Made by a program: the position numbers and the translations under genes. From positions 32,001-96,000 of the IMG/VR virus record IMGVR_UViG_3300022700_000179: a stretch of 64,000 nt of DNA. The stretch is one strand, 5' to 3'. Source of the stretch: a virus. This document shows, piece after piece, positions 27,416 to 37,239 of the stretch (position 1 is its first letter; the number at the start of each line of letters is the position of its first letter). The notes under the pieces were generated by a model. That model was not told the DNA's origin. It saw only the letters and a list, made by a program, of their open reading frames with translations, and did no database searches.

Positions 27416-28159
27416 ATGACACAAAAGACAAAAAATAGTGATTTGTCATTTAGCGAGCTTCTAAACCTGACTTCCGTTTCTGCGGCTAAAGGTGACAAGA
27501 AAAATAAGGTTAAGGACGAGCGGCAACCTGGATCAATTCCGGACGACATACGCCGTAGAATGAGTGATCCACTAGCCGATATTTTTTCAGAAAAGGGAAT
27601 GGATCTCTACGGAAAAGCCGTTTCTGCTATACAGAAAGAGTTAAAACAAATATTCGACGAGGGTATTTCAGACCTCAGCTCTGTTATCCACAAAAAGCTT
27701 GGTGAGTTTGGGTACGAGGAGTCGGTAGATCATTTCCGTCCCTGGATGTCTTCGATAATCGATGATGTCAAGGAAAAGGGAATGGGAGAGGTAACTGGTG
27801 CCCTTGAGGATATGCTGAGTCAGATGTCAACGGATTACGCAGAGGGCGAAGAAGAAACCGAGGGTGATGCACTACTGAGTGTAGATACCCCTGAAGTTGG
27901 CGACGAAGAGGTAGAGGTCGTTGAAGAGGAGAAGGTGGAAGAACCGGAAGAACCGGAAGCAGCTCCAGAGGGTGGCGAGGAGTTGGACTTAGGTTCCCTT
28001 CTAGGTGGAGAGGAGACCCCTGCAGCTGAAGCGTCCAGCAGTGGTGAGCGTAGATATAAACCCACGCCAGTTGTCAAGGAAGTTTTTGCGTCTTCTCGTA
28101 GGCGCCATCGCCTTTTGGAAGCGGCTTCTAATTGCCTTGATGAGTTGGACCGCGACTAA
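27416..28159 (+). CDS. acidic hypothetical head-module protein
   Basis: SD AGGAG; 247 aa. Confidence 0.75.
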   Translation: MTQKTKNSDLSFSELLNLTSVSAAKGDKKNKVKDERQPGSIPDDIRRRMSDPLADIFSEKGMDLYGKAVSAIQKELKQIFDEGISDLSSVIHKKLGEFGYEESVDHFRPWMSSIIDDVKEKGMGEVTGALEDMLSQMSTDYAEGEEETEGDALLSVDTPEVGDEEVEVVEEEKVEEPEEPEAAPEGGEELDLGSLLGGEETPAAEASSSGERRYKPTPVVKEVFASSRRRHRLLEAASNCLDELDRD

Positions 28160-28174
28160 TCCAGGAGGCAAGTG

Positions 28175-28648
28175 ATGCCCAAGATTCCAGAGGAGATACA
28201 GTATAAAGGGTGCCGCTACGTATTAGCTGGGCGTAAACGTGGGCGCAAATCTGCTACTATTAAGGACAGTGGCTACCGACACGATGGCATCTTGTTTTAC
28301 ATAAATGTTCTCTGCCGAAGTAAGACAGGGAACGACTTGCCGTCTAGATTTGCAACTAGAGTAAATACAATCCCGGAAGGTATCTCACTTAATGAGCAGG
28401 AAACCGTAGCTGCGAAAAAAGCCATTGGAGATAGTGGCAAAAAGAAAGACAGCAATCTGTGGCACATACTAGTACGAGATGAGGGTTGGTTTTGGGCGGA
28501 TGATCCTAAGAGTGTACAAAACGCTGTACCGATCCAGCAGACGTTGGATCTCGTTGAAAAGTATCGCGAGTGGGACCGCCCAGGAACCAATCCTTTAATC
28601 TATGCGGAGATCGTCACAAAAGTTGTTGGCGGCCGTAAAAGGGATTAG
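28175..28648 (+). CDS. hypothetical protein with N-terminal tag motif
   Basis: PEEIQYKGCRYVLA; SD AGGAGG. Confidence 0.75.
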   Translation: MPKIPEEIQYKGCRYVLAGRKRGRKSATIKDSGYRHDGILFYINVLCRSKTGNDLPSRFATRVNTIPEGISLNEQETVAAKKAIGDSGKKKDSNLWHILVRDEGWFWADDPKSVQNAVPIQQTLDLVEKYREWDRPGTNPLIYAEIVTKVVGGRKRD

Positions 28649-28651
28649 TAC

Positions 28652-29707
28652 GTGTTAGTAGTCTCCTCTGACAATTTCTCTGACTACGTCAAGGAATACG
28701 ATCGCCGTGTTCTTGAGGGAATCAGTAAGAAAAATGAGGGAGAATATGGTGGTATAGACTTGATTGTTGAGGATTGGGGTGGGTCTCCCACTTTCCCAGG
28801 TATCGCACTCCTCATTAAAAGATTCGACTTGAATCTGCCTAGTACGGTAGAGGAACTGCAAGAAGATTTTGATGATGTGGCCGATCTGATTAGCTCGTTA
28901 GAGTTTAAGGTAATGAATAAAGTAGTTCGGCCTATTAACAATCTCAGTGAGGTAACAAGGGTAGGGGGCGTTTACTCCGTTGGATGGGATGGAAGAAAAC
29001 TAGCTCTTATGTTCAATGCCGGCCCATCTGAGGTAGAAGATCTAATGTCGGTGAAGGATAGGATAAACGTTGCTACTACACAGCAAGAAAATGCTGAGCT
29101 GCTCCGATGTGTACGTTCAGCGGTAGACCACATTAAGTCCGCGGACCTCGGCAGAGCTTCAGAGGTAGATGCTCAGCACCTCAATGAGGCAATAGACATA
29201 CTCGAAATATGTGGACTTTCAGACAAAACTAAGGACGTACGGTTGGCGCTCAAGAGTTTTGACAGCAACATAGAATCCGCTAGAGAGTATATTTATGGCC
29301 CTACTGGCCATGGCACAAACCGTGGCGCCCTGTACGATTTAATCACTTTCGCTGAGTCCCTCGAGAAAAATGTTGAGTCCGGACCGTTAGAGCAAGGTAA
29401 TTCCAGGAGTCTTCTAATGCACCCGATTTCGCCTTACATCGTCTATCAAGGTTCGGTATACAAGAAGGTAGCTTACGACCTCCCTAAGGATATGAAAGGC
29501 GTAGAAAAATGTAAGCCCGAGGATTTTGATCCTAAGCGTGATCCTGCCGACCAAGAATGGTGTACGTACAGTTACGACGGTAAACTGCGCGGTCGTTTTA
29601 GAAAGAAGAAGGACGCGTTACAGCACAAAGTATTTTTGATTAACATGTATTGGCAGAAGGGAAAGGGCAAGAATAAACCTAAGGGTAAATATTGGCGTAA
29701 GAAGTAG
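28652..29707 (+). CDS. modular protein with tag motif and a KC...WCxY...G domain
   Basis: SPYIVYQGSVYKKVA; KCKPEDFDPKRDPADQEWCTYSYDGKLRGR. Confidence 0.75.
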   Translation: MLVVSSDNFSDYVKEYDRRVLEGISKKNEGEYGGIDLIVEDWGGSPTFPGIALLIKRFDLNLPSTVEELQEDFDDVADLISSLEFKVMNKVVRPINNLSEVTRVGGVYSVGWDGRKLALMFNAGPSEVEDLMSVKDRINVATTQQENAELLRCVRSAVDHIKSADLGRASEVDAQHLNEAIDILEICGLSDKTKDVRLALKSFDSNIESAREYIYGPTGHGTNRGALYDLITFAESLEKNVESGPLEQGNSRSLLMHPISPYIVYQGSVYKKVAYDLPKDMKGVEKCKPEDFDPKRDPADQEWCTYSYDGKLRGRFRKKKDALQHKVFLINMYWQKGKGKNKPKGKYWRKK

Positions 29708-29773
29708 CTGGCTACTTCACTTCATCCATCCGACAAAGTATATACTTACATTATAGTAGTCACGTAGAAGCCA

Positions 29774-29885
29774 GCGACATTACCCTGCAACATCATCACG
29801 GCTTCACCTCGCAACATCAGACGGAAGCAACATTAATCGAGACGGACACTGTTGGTCTGTCCGGACTCTGCGGTCAGCAACATCA
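29774..29885 (+). repeat. five GCRACATYA motifs in the capsid-operon leader
   Basis: Copies at 29774, 29787, 29811, 29827 and 29877. Confidence 0.75.
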
Positions 29886-30024
29886 TTTCAGAGCGCAGGT
29901 TTCGTCCAGGTCGACAGCTAACTGGGAGGCAAGATTAACATTGCTTAGTACCTCTCCACGTCCTGAAAGCAATTGACCTGGTTTCAGGTCGTATCTGTTT
30001 AACCTGTTTTTGGAGGAAAGCCAA

Positions 30025-30780
30025 ATGGCACTGCTTCCCAACGCGTCTGTGAAGACGAAGGTAGACTTCACTCGCAGCCGGTTTGAATGGAAGCGCCAGT
30101 TTGAGGTTGCCGCTACCGCGAATATCGTGGAAGAGGGGTCTCTGCTGCAGCGCATTCCTGACGCCGCCGGTCTGAAAGAGGTGGTCGATCTCAGCACGAA
30201 TGCAGGTTCCCTGCGTCCGGCTGGTATTTCCCTGCAATCTCGAATCTCTGCTACCACTTTCGCGTGGGTAGAGGAGGTCGTGGTTCCTAGTGGTGCGCCA
30301 TACACGGTGCAGCTCAGCAAGACCAACATCATCGATTCTGGTGGTGGCATCGCTGAGGCCGCTGCGTGGGACTACAACGCATCTGCGTACCTGAATGTAG
30401 TAGCGGGTGCTCCTCTTGGTACTCAGTTTGAGGTTGTCCCTCTAACTGGTCTTACCACATTCAACGTGGCCGAAGCGGGTCACAGCGTTCGTATGATCTA
30501 CCGCTACAACTTGACTGCTATTGAGCGGGATGAGTTGCTGCGGCAGTCGCACGTAAACCGCGGAGCCGAGGATCAGTTCGGTCTCATGACCGTCGCTCAG
30601 GGGCACTGCGTGGTTTACACGACCATGTATGATGCACAAGAGAAGTACCTAGTAGGGGACCAGCTGACTCTCGATAACAACGGTCTGTTCTCTAAGTCTG
30701 GGGCTACGAATTTTGGAGTGGTCATTTCGGTTCCGACCGCTTCCGATCCGTACCTGGGCGTTGAATACGACGCTGCTTAA
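30025..30780 (+). CDS. putative capsid decoration/cement protein
   Basis: Immediately upstream of the MCP; beta-rich; C-terminal GVVISVPTASDPYLGVEY; SD GGAGG. Confidence 0.65.
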   Translation: MALLPNASVKTKVDFTRSRFEWKRQFEVAATANIVEEGSLLQRIPDAAGLKEVVDLSTNAGSLRPAGISLQSRISATTFAWVEEVVVPSGAPYTVQLSKTNIIDSGGGIAEAAAWDYNASAYLNVVAGAPLGTQFEVVPLTGLTTFNVAEAGHSVRMIYRYNLTAIERDELLRQSHVNRGAEDQFGLMTVAQGHCVVYTTMYDAQEKYLVGDQLTLDNNGLFSKSGATNFGVVISVPTASDPYLGVEYDAA

Positions 30781-30805
30781 TAGCTGATCCAAAGGAGACT
30801 TTCTA

Positions 30806-31951
30806 ATGAAGACTTTCTCACGGAAACCATCTCTTCGGGATCGGCAGGGAAACGATATCGCCCATGGTAAGGCCTTCAAGGCTAACCCCCGTACGGGTAG
30901 TATGTCGTTTTCTGACAGCACGCCGCTGGTCGGATCCAATGGAGAGTACAATGCAGGTAGTGACCGTCAGCTGGCCGAGGTTGTTGACGGTATCGTAAAA
31001 TTGGCTCGTCGTGGTGAGATTCACTACGAGGCGGGCACTGAAACCACTGCACAGGATGTGTCAGCCTGGAATCAGGAAGGCCATCTCGTGCAGGCAGCCC
31101 TGGCAGAGCGCGTGCCTTCGCAGGAAGGTCCGTTCCAGGTGCTTGGTGAAGTTTTCACCGACTCCGTTTCTGAAACCATGGGCCGCATGGGCTTCACCAA
31201 CAAGGTGGTAGCCCAGCAGGACGTGGCTGAGGGTGGAACGGCACGTGTGCGCATCCGCCAGAAGGATGTCACTTCCTGGCTGATGCTGACCGACGGTCAC
31301 ACCGTTGAGTCCCTCATCCGTCAGAAGTACATCTATCCACGTGGCTACAACATCGAAACCCTCGTTATGATGGGTGAGGATGAGATCCACGAGGCTGGTG
31401 CACAGATCATCGAGGAAAAGTACAACGATGCGTTGGAAGCCACGATGGTCCGTGACGACAACATTACTAAGTTCCTGCTGGACCAGGCGGCAGACACACA
31501 GAATGACGTGATTGCTTTTAACGCATTCACTCCGAATGTGTTTGTTACCCTGCGTAACCAGATCTGGCAGTGGAGCCTCCCCGTCCCGCATTGCCTTATG
31601 GCTATCGACTTGTGGGACGACTTGTTCGCTGACCAGGACTGGGCACGTTGGTATTCGCCAATCGAGAAGCACGAACTGGCAGTCGAGGGTAAACTCGGTC
31701 GGCTTGCTGACATCGAGATTATTACCGACGGCTTCCGTTATGACACCTTGCAGGTCCTCGACCCTGGCGAGGTTTACTTCTTGAGTTCTCCAGCAACTCT
31801 GGGTGTGAAGGCCAACATGATCGCGCTGAATAGCACGGTTGTTGACCAGCGCATGCTCGGACGCGCTGCTCGCGGGTGGTTCATCTTCCTGCGGCAGGCA
31901 ACCATCATCGGTAACGCTAATGGCGTTTCCAAGGGTATCCGTCTCTCCTAG
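30806..31951 (+). CDS. major capsid protein (HK97 fold inferred)
   Basis: 381 aa, SD AAGGAG, after protease and decoration genes, EGKLGRLADIEIITD P-domain-like pattern, strong terminator downstream. Confidence 0.8.
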   Translation: MKTFSRKPSLRDRQGNDIAHGKAFKANPRTGSMSFSDSTPLVGSNGEYNAGSDRQLAEVVDGIVKLARRGEIHYEAGTETTAQDVSAWNQEGHLVQAALAERVPSQEGPFQVLGEVFTDSVSETMGRMGFTNKVVAQQDVAEGGTARVRIRQKDVTSWLMLTDGHTVESLIRQKYIYPRGYNIETLVMMGEDEIHEAGAQIIEEKYNDALEATMVRDDNITKFLLDQAADTQNDVIAFNAFTPNVFVTLRNQIWQWSLPVPHCLMAIDLWDDLFADQDWARWYSPIEKHELAVEGKLGRLADIEIITDGFRYDTLQVLDPGEVYFLSSPATLGVKANMIALNSTVVDQRMLGRAARGWFIFLRQATIIGNANGVSKGIRLS

Positions 31952-31967
31952 TTCGGAAACCTGATTC

Positions 31968-32003
31968 GTTCCCGGGGGAGCCACAACTCCCCCGGGAACT
32001 TTT
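31968..32003 (+). terminator. intrinsic terminator after the MCP gene
   Basis: GTTCCCGGGGGAG CCACAA CTCCCCCGGGAAC TTTT. Confidence 0.85.
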
Positions 32004-32097
32004 CCTCCCTAGTTTAGGCTGTTTAATGAGATTCTCCGTGGGATCTGATTAAACGGTCCGAACTCAAAAAGTTCATTCACGATAGTAGGAGTCGCTG

Positions 32098-32280
32098 ATG
32101 TCGAATATGCCCCCCACCAAAATTAAGCATAAAGGCTATACTTACGTGCGTGCCGGTTTGTATAGAACTGCAGATTTAAGTTCTGCTCTACAGTCTGATG
32201 TGCTTTTGATAAATCAGGTTATGAAGGCTCTGCAGGCCGGTAATCTGGACGAAATAGAGCCAATCTTGAGTCAGCCGTAA
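32098..32280 (+). CDS. small protein with tag motif (may extend to 32312 if one base is missing)
   Basis: PTKIKHKGYTYVRA; SD AGGAG. Confidence 0.65.
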   Translation: MSNMPPTKIKHKGYTYVRAGLYRTADLSSALQSDVLLINQVMKALQAGNLDEIEPILSQP

Positions 32281-32322
32281 TCAGCCTTAAGAGGTATAAG
32301 AATCAACCTTAAGAGGTGTAAA

Positions 32323-32982
32323 ATGGGAAATACTCAACAAAAGATAAAGTACAGAGGCGCAACCTACGTCTTGGTAGACAGCGCTCCCCCAAAAGAGATC
32401 ACCTATAAAGGCGCCAAATATGTACTGGCAGCCAAGGTACAGTTCACGGAAGAAGAGCGCCGTGAAGCAGAAAAGCAAGTAGTAGAGAAATATGAGCATG
32501 GGCAACAACTACTTGACTTGTGGCCGCGTGTAACGGGGATACTTGATTCTGCTAGGCAGGCATTGGATAATTACGAAAATGCTTTGGCGCAGTCTGCAGA
32601 AGCTGCTAGAAAGGCGTTTTTTGATACTGAGGGTGGACTCAAAGCTATTACGAGGGGCAACTATGACCAACACATCAGTGATCTACTTACCGATCCTGAC
32701 TATGTCCAAACTATTCTCAATAATGTGAGTGATAGGATTGCTAAATCTAGAGCTTTACTGCAGAAGGCCCTCGAATTCAGGCGACTGTTCGAGACAGCCG
32801 TTTACACAGAGACGAGCAACATGATTGATCCTGACATTGTAGAAGACGTAACTAAACACAAGAAGACAGAAATAGACAAAAATACCCGCAAAAATTTAGA
32901 GTATATAATTAAACATTGGCCTGAAGACGCCGCGAATAAACTACCGAACGAACTGCGCGAACTGTACAGGAAACTGCACTAG
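32323..32982 (+). CDS. helical protein with two N-terminal tag motifs
   Basis: QKIKYRGATYVLV and PKEITYKGAKYVLA. Confidence 0.8.
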   Translation: MGNTQQKIKYRGATYVLVDSAPPKEITYKGAKYVLAAKVQFTEEERREAEKQVVEKYEHGQQLLDLWPRVTGILDSARQALDNYENALAQSAEAARKAFFDTEGGLKAITRGNYDQHISDLLTDPDYVQTILNNVSDRIAKSRALLQKALEFRRLFETAVYTETSNMIDPDIVEDVTKHKKTEIDKNTRKNLEYIIKHWPEDAANKLPNELRELYRKLH

Positions 32983-32993
32983 GTAGCTGTTTC

Positions 32994-34259
32994 ATGCGAC
33001 TTTGGCTGGACGACGACCCCAATCGTGCCGTACCTTCAGGGGTCGACGTAATAGTACGTACGGCCGACGAAGCAATAAAGTGGATTGCTTCTGGTCAGAT
33101 AACAGCAGTTTCTCTGGATCACGATTTGGGTAAATCTTCTGCTAGCTCTCCTGTAGATCCTGGCACCGGTTATGACGTAGCTCGGTGGATTGAGGAAAAA
33201 GCGTACACAGGTGAGTTGCCTCGTATTCAATGGTCAGTGCATAGCGCAAACCCAGTTGGTGCCAAGAGAATGGAGGACGCGCTGAACAACGCAAACCATT
33301 TTTGGTCCCAACACGAAGATACAGTAAAAGAAGCTGACGGCCGCAATATCTATGAACTTGTTCGTACTATGCCGCCTACCGAGGACGGTGTGATGATCGA
33401 TACTCTCAATTTGGCAGGACAAGAGGATGCCATGTTTTCCAAAGATGACGCGTTAAAAGCCGCTGAAGAGCTAGAGATTGACTGGGATGCTGTAGATTTT
33501 ACACCAGAAGCTCTCATGAAAGGAATGAACGTAGAGTTGGAGCATGGCACTCGGTATGACGACGCTAACGTGACCGACGACGAGATGCTGCCTACGGCAA
33601 AAATTGCTTTGGCACATTTGTACGAGTTTGCTGACTACTACGAAAGACTAGAGCGTATGGAGCAGGAGGCTATGAAAGAAACTAGTATTTTACCTGCACA
33701 TGTAAAATATAAGGGAGCTGACTACTATTTAGCAGGTAAAGGTCGCATGCCTAAGGAAATGCGGCAGGGATGGGAGTCCGGTGACTGGGCTGAGTTTACC
33801 ATTCCGGAGACAGGCGAGCATGGGATGGGAAGGATCATTTGGTTTGTGAAGTATGGTGATAAGGGCGCGGCGGTAATTCCAGTCAAGGCGATAAAAGACG
33901 ATAGAGGCGAATGGTGGCCTGTTCCGGGACAGCAGGAGTATCTGCTACAATTAGAAGATTTGAAGCGAATTGATTATCCCGGTGAGCTATTACAGAATAT
34001 CAAACCTAAGTTCAAGGAACTATCCCAAGATACAGCCGACATTGCAGGGGACCAACCTACTCTGTTTCTCCATAGAGATCCGGCGACAAAGCACCACTAC
34101 GTGGAGCATCCTAGTATTCCTACCGCATCTTCTCTGCCTAGAGTCATTACTTTCGGGGGTGCCAAATACGAACGCTACGTAGAATTTCCAAAATACATAC
34201 ATTTTAATGGTACCAAGTACGTCCTAGCAGGTTGCCAAGGTGAACGAGGAGCGATGTAA
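32994..34259 (+). CDS. multidomain protein: cyclic-phosphate-processing receiver-like domain, DUF5661-like domain and three tag motifs
   Basis: LWLDD...SLDHDLG...TGYDVARWI...VHSANPVGAKRM; GMNVELEH...KIALAHLYEFADYYERL. Confidence 0.75.
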   Translation: MRLWLDDDPNRAVPSGVDVIVRTADEAIKWIASGQITAVSLDHDLGKSSASSPVDPGTGYDVARWIEEKAYTGELPRIQWSVHSANPVGAKRMEDALNNANHFWSQHEDTVKEADGRNIYELVRTMPPTEDGVMIDTLNLAGQEDAMFSKDDALKAAEELEIDWDAVDFTPEALMKGMNVELEHGTRYDDANVTDDEMLPTAKIALAHLYEFADYYERLERMEQEAMKETSILPAHVKYKGADYYLAGKGRMPKEMRQGWESGDWAEFTIPETGEHGMGRIIWFVKYGDKGAAVIPVKAIKDDRGEWWPVPGQQEYLLQLEDLKRIDYPGELLQNIKPKFKELSQDTADIAGDQPTLFLHRDPATKHHYVEHPSIPTASSLPRVITFGGAKYERYVEFPKYIHFNGTKYVLAGCQGERGAM

Positions 34260-34984
34260 TGCCTAGTCAGCGTATAATGTACAAAGGTCAAGTTTACAGA
34301 CTGGCTGATACCAGTAACATTAACGTAGAGCAGAAAATTCAAGAAGTTATTCCTATAGTTAAAAAGTATATGCAGTCTGCGGGTATTGGAACTGGGGAGC
34401 CTGAATTTGACGATTATGATGCTATGGCTATGGCAGACATACTTGTTCATGCTATTTTGCACGCTGAGCTGTTCAACGAGGGACCGTACGAACATAAAGG
34501 ATTCATCGAATGGCGTGAGCAGAACTATCCAAAGTCGAAGGTGGGGGCCGGGGTTTACGACGTTGTAATGTATATGGGTATGAATGCTCCTGGGCTCCTA
34601 GACAAAGCTGTGGACGTATTGAAAGGACCCACAAAGTTTGATGAGGAATCTGCGGCTCCAGATCAAATTAGTTACAAAGGTGCAGTATACAAGCAAGCTG
34701 TGCAAGGACAGGAACTGAACCCGAGACAGCTAGCGGACAAAATTATTATCCAAGCAGAGAACACGCAAAAAGAACTGAACGAAAAGTTAGCAGTTGCTAA
34801 ACAGTCACTAGAGAATGCTGTTTCTAGCGAGGAAAGCGAGACTGCAACCGAACGACTAAGCAACATCTTGAAGGAAGCAGAGTCTGCTTACAACCAAGTT
34901 TGGCGGCTGCTGTACGCAATGGAAAACTTTGCTACTACAAAGACAACTAACACTGAGGAAAAGAAAGAAGACGAAGAAGAGTAA
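34259..34984 (+). CDS. modular protein with two tag motifs
   Basis: QRIMYKGQVYRLA and PDQISYKGAVYKQA. Confidence 0.8.
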   Translation: MPSQRIMYKGQVYRLADTSNINVEQKIQEVIPIVKKYMQSAGIGTGEPEFDDYDAMAMADILVHAILHAELFNEGPYEHKGFIEWREQNYPKSKVGAGVYDVVMYMGMNAPGLLDKAVDVLKGPTKFDEESAAPDQISYKGAVYKQAVQGQELNPRQLADKIIIQAENTQKELNEKLAVAKQSLENAVSSEESETATERLSNILKEAESAYNQVWRLLYAMENFATTKTTNTEEKKEDEEE

Positions 34985-37239
34985 TGTCTGTCTTCTCTCT
35001 GGACAATAAATCCTTTTCCGAGTGGCTGGAATCCAATCCAGATTATGATTATGTGCTAGAGTCTCTTCGCAAAGGGGTAGAAGAATTCTATAAAGAGTTT
35101 GTGAACGAGGGTAAGTACTCGGATTGGGTGTTTAATACCGATAACGGTATCAAGTCGACAGTCGGTGATGAATCCCGCCGTCTTTACGACGAATCGAAAG
35201 AAATTATCTATTCTGCGGATCCAAACCAACTACCTAAATTAGCTGGAAACGTGGAGGAAGCCCTCAACTACCTAAAAGATTCTATTGATGGTCGTAACTA
35301 CATGCATGGCGTTCCAGCTCGTCTGAAAAGACTTCGACACAGGATTCATGAAATTGTGGACAGGTTTTCACAACCTACAAAGGTGCAAGCAATGCCTTAC
35401 GACCAGGAGTTAGGTCCTGAGTACCGATACGAAATTGAGATGACTGGACCGGAGATGGCTCTGTTATCTACTTGGACTTCTGGTATGGGACCTCTATACG
35501 CTTTGGTTAGTCGTTTATACCGTGACCAAGGTCGTGCAACAGCGTCTGAACGTGAGCTAGATGAAGTATTGGATGCGGCAGGAATGACTATATCCGATGC
35601 GGTAGAGGGCATTACAGAAGATGATAAAGTTGTGGCCCGAGGGATCATCAAGAAACTGAGTAAGGTACTCGATGTTCCTGAGAACGAGTTGCTAGAGATC
35701 TCTGCCGCAGCCGACTCACCTATCGAATACTACAGGCAGGTTTTTGTAAACACGTTCGACGATTTATATAAGAACCTTTTTGGTCCATATGCTACGTATT
35801 TGGTGGAAGACACGGGTACGCTAGAATCGGCGGCCCGTCGAGTAAGATACAGGCTGGGGGATCTACGCGAAAATCCTTCAAACAAGCTAGTTGATCAGTT
35901 AGAGAGGGATTTAACTTCTTTCTATAACGCTTTGGATGCAGGGTTTGCAGCTTCTGGCGATAAACTCAGCTACAAACACCGTGGTTATAGGGAAGTTTTT
36001 CGCAGAATACTAGAAACCATACGAAGGATATTAGGAACAAAAGAGTATGCTGAAGGGGAAGAGCCAGAGCCGCCCCTGCGCTATCCCAACAGACCACCAT
36101 TTCGTGATATGGGACCTTTTAATAGAAAATCCAGCCGCAGTGAAAAGGGAGAGACAAAGATGGAATTACCCAAGGAAATCAAATATAACGGGTTGAAGTA
36201 TGTACGTGCTGAGAATCCTGCACGTCCAGAGAAGAGTGCTCTTGATGAGGGGAAGATTCGTAAAGAGCTGGAATCGCAGTTTGGAGGCAATGTCCCCGCG
36301 CAGGAGTATAAATACCTCGACACCGTCAGCGGACCGAGCGGTAACCAATCAGACGCAGTAACGGACACTAAAGAAATGAACAAACGCCGTGAGGATGCCC
36401 TTAAAGGGAAGGGCTCAAACGACCAATCTGACCTGAACTCCAATACACCAAACAAGATCAAGTATGCGGGTTTGGTGTACGTGAAGGCAGAACCAGAAAA
36501 GCAATCTGCAGCTACAACTTTACCTCCGCGAATTAAATACGCAGGTCGTGAGTATGTACGAGTTGGGTACGAGGATGCCGGTGAGTACAAATCGGATGAC
36601 ATGACGACTTGGAAGCCGGGTGAGGAAAAGGGCAAAAGTAAAAAGCTTGATGACTATTTTAGTCCCAGCGATTCCGGCAAAGCCGACTATTCTGAAAGGA
36701 TGCCCAACAGCGAAGTGGATTTCGATAAAGCATCCGAAGGTATCGATCCGGCTTCCAGTGAACCCGGTCCAGAAAAGGGCGGCGGCGAGAACATGCCTAA
36801 CGAGGAGCAGTCAAAAGAGACGGCCAAGGGTATGCCACGCCTAGACGGTGATGAGGACCGCATACCGACCGCAGCGAGTTCTCAGCCGCAGAGCATCAAC
36901 TACGCTGGACATCGCTACGTTAAGGTAAGCGAGGCAGAGGCACGTAGAATTCTGGCAGCCAAGAAGAAGGAAAAGAAAACGGATCTGCCCAAAGGTTGGT
37001 CTAATAAATCTGCTAAAAAATTCTACGAAGATGCAGGTGCTACTGTTACCAAATGTGCCCGTGAAGTGAAAAAGCTCAAAAAGGAGGGTGACAAGAAATG
37101 CAAGGATGTTGATGATCCTAAGGCGTTTTGTACTACCCTGGAGGGGCTTTACGATGAAGATGGCGACGAAAAATCCAAGAGCACGAAGTCTAAAGGCAAG
37201 AAAGATAACGGGTCCAAAGACAAAAAATCCAAAAAGTAG
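34984..37239 (+). CDS. large modular protein with four tag motifs; probably continues to 38095 across a frameshift
   Basis: PKEIKYNGLKYVRA, PNKIKYAGLVYVKA, PPRIKYAGREYVRV and PQSINYAGHRYVKV. Confidence 0.8.
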   Translation: MSVFSLDNKSFSEWLESNPDYDYVLESLRKGVEEFYKEFVNEGKYSDWVFNTDNGIKSTVGDESRRLYDESKEIIYSADPNQLPKLAGNVEEALNYLKDSIDGRNYMHGVPARLKRLRHRIHEIVDRFSQPTKVQAMPYDQELGPEYRYEIEMTGPEMALLSTWTSGMGPLYALVSRLYRDQGRATASERELDEVLDAAGMTISDAVEGITEDDKVVARGIIKKLSKVLDVPENELLEISAAADSPIEYYRQVFVNTFDDLYKNLFGPYATYLVEDTGTLESAARRVRYRLGDLRENPSNKLVDQLERDLTSFYNALDAGFAASGDKLSYKHRGYREVFRRILETIRRILGTKEYAEGEEPEPPLRYPNRPPFRDMGPFNRKSSRSEKGETKMELPKEIKYNGLKYVRAENPARPEKSALDEGKIRKELESQFGGNVPAQEYKYLDTVSGPSGNQSDAVTDTKEMNKRREDALKGKGSNDQSDLNSNTPNKIKYAGLVYVKAEPEKQSAATTLPPRIKYAGREYVRVGYEDAGEYKSDDMTTWKPGEEKGKSKKLDDYFSPSDSGKADYSERMPNSEVDFDKASEGIDPASSEPGPEKGGGENMPNEEQSKETAKGMPRLDGDEDRIPTAASSQPQSINYAGHRYVKVSEAEARRILAAKKKEKKTDLPKGWSNKSAKKFYEDAGATVTKCAREVKKLKKEGDKKCKDVDDPKAFCTTLEGLYDEDGDEKSKSTKSKGKKDNGSKDKKSKK

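Noticed and set aside
29774-29885. Mini-CRISPR or replication iterons
   Set aside because: The repeat is only 9 nt with irregular spacing and also occurs at a second gene leader; no adjacent initiator gene.
31061-31984. 307-aa antisense ORF opposite the MCP gene (and similar ORFs opposite the portal and scaffold genes)
   Set aside because: Expected by-product of codon bias and low-complexity sequence; no SD or motifs.
32279-32322. Near-tandem 22-nt repeat AATCARCCTTAAGAGGTRTAA
   Set aside because: Only two copies, overlapping a gene end and an SD; no support for a separate function.
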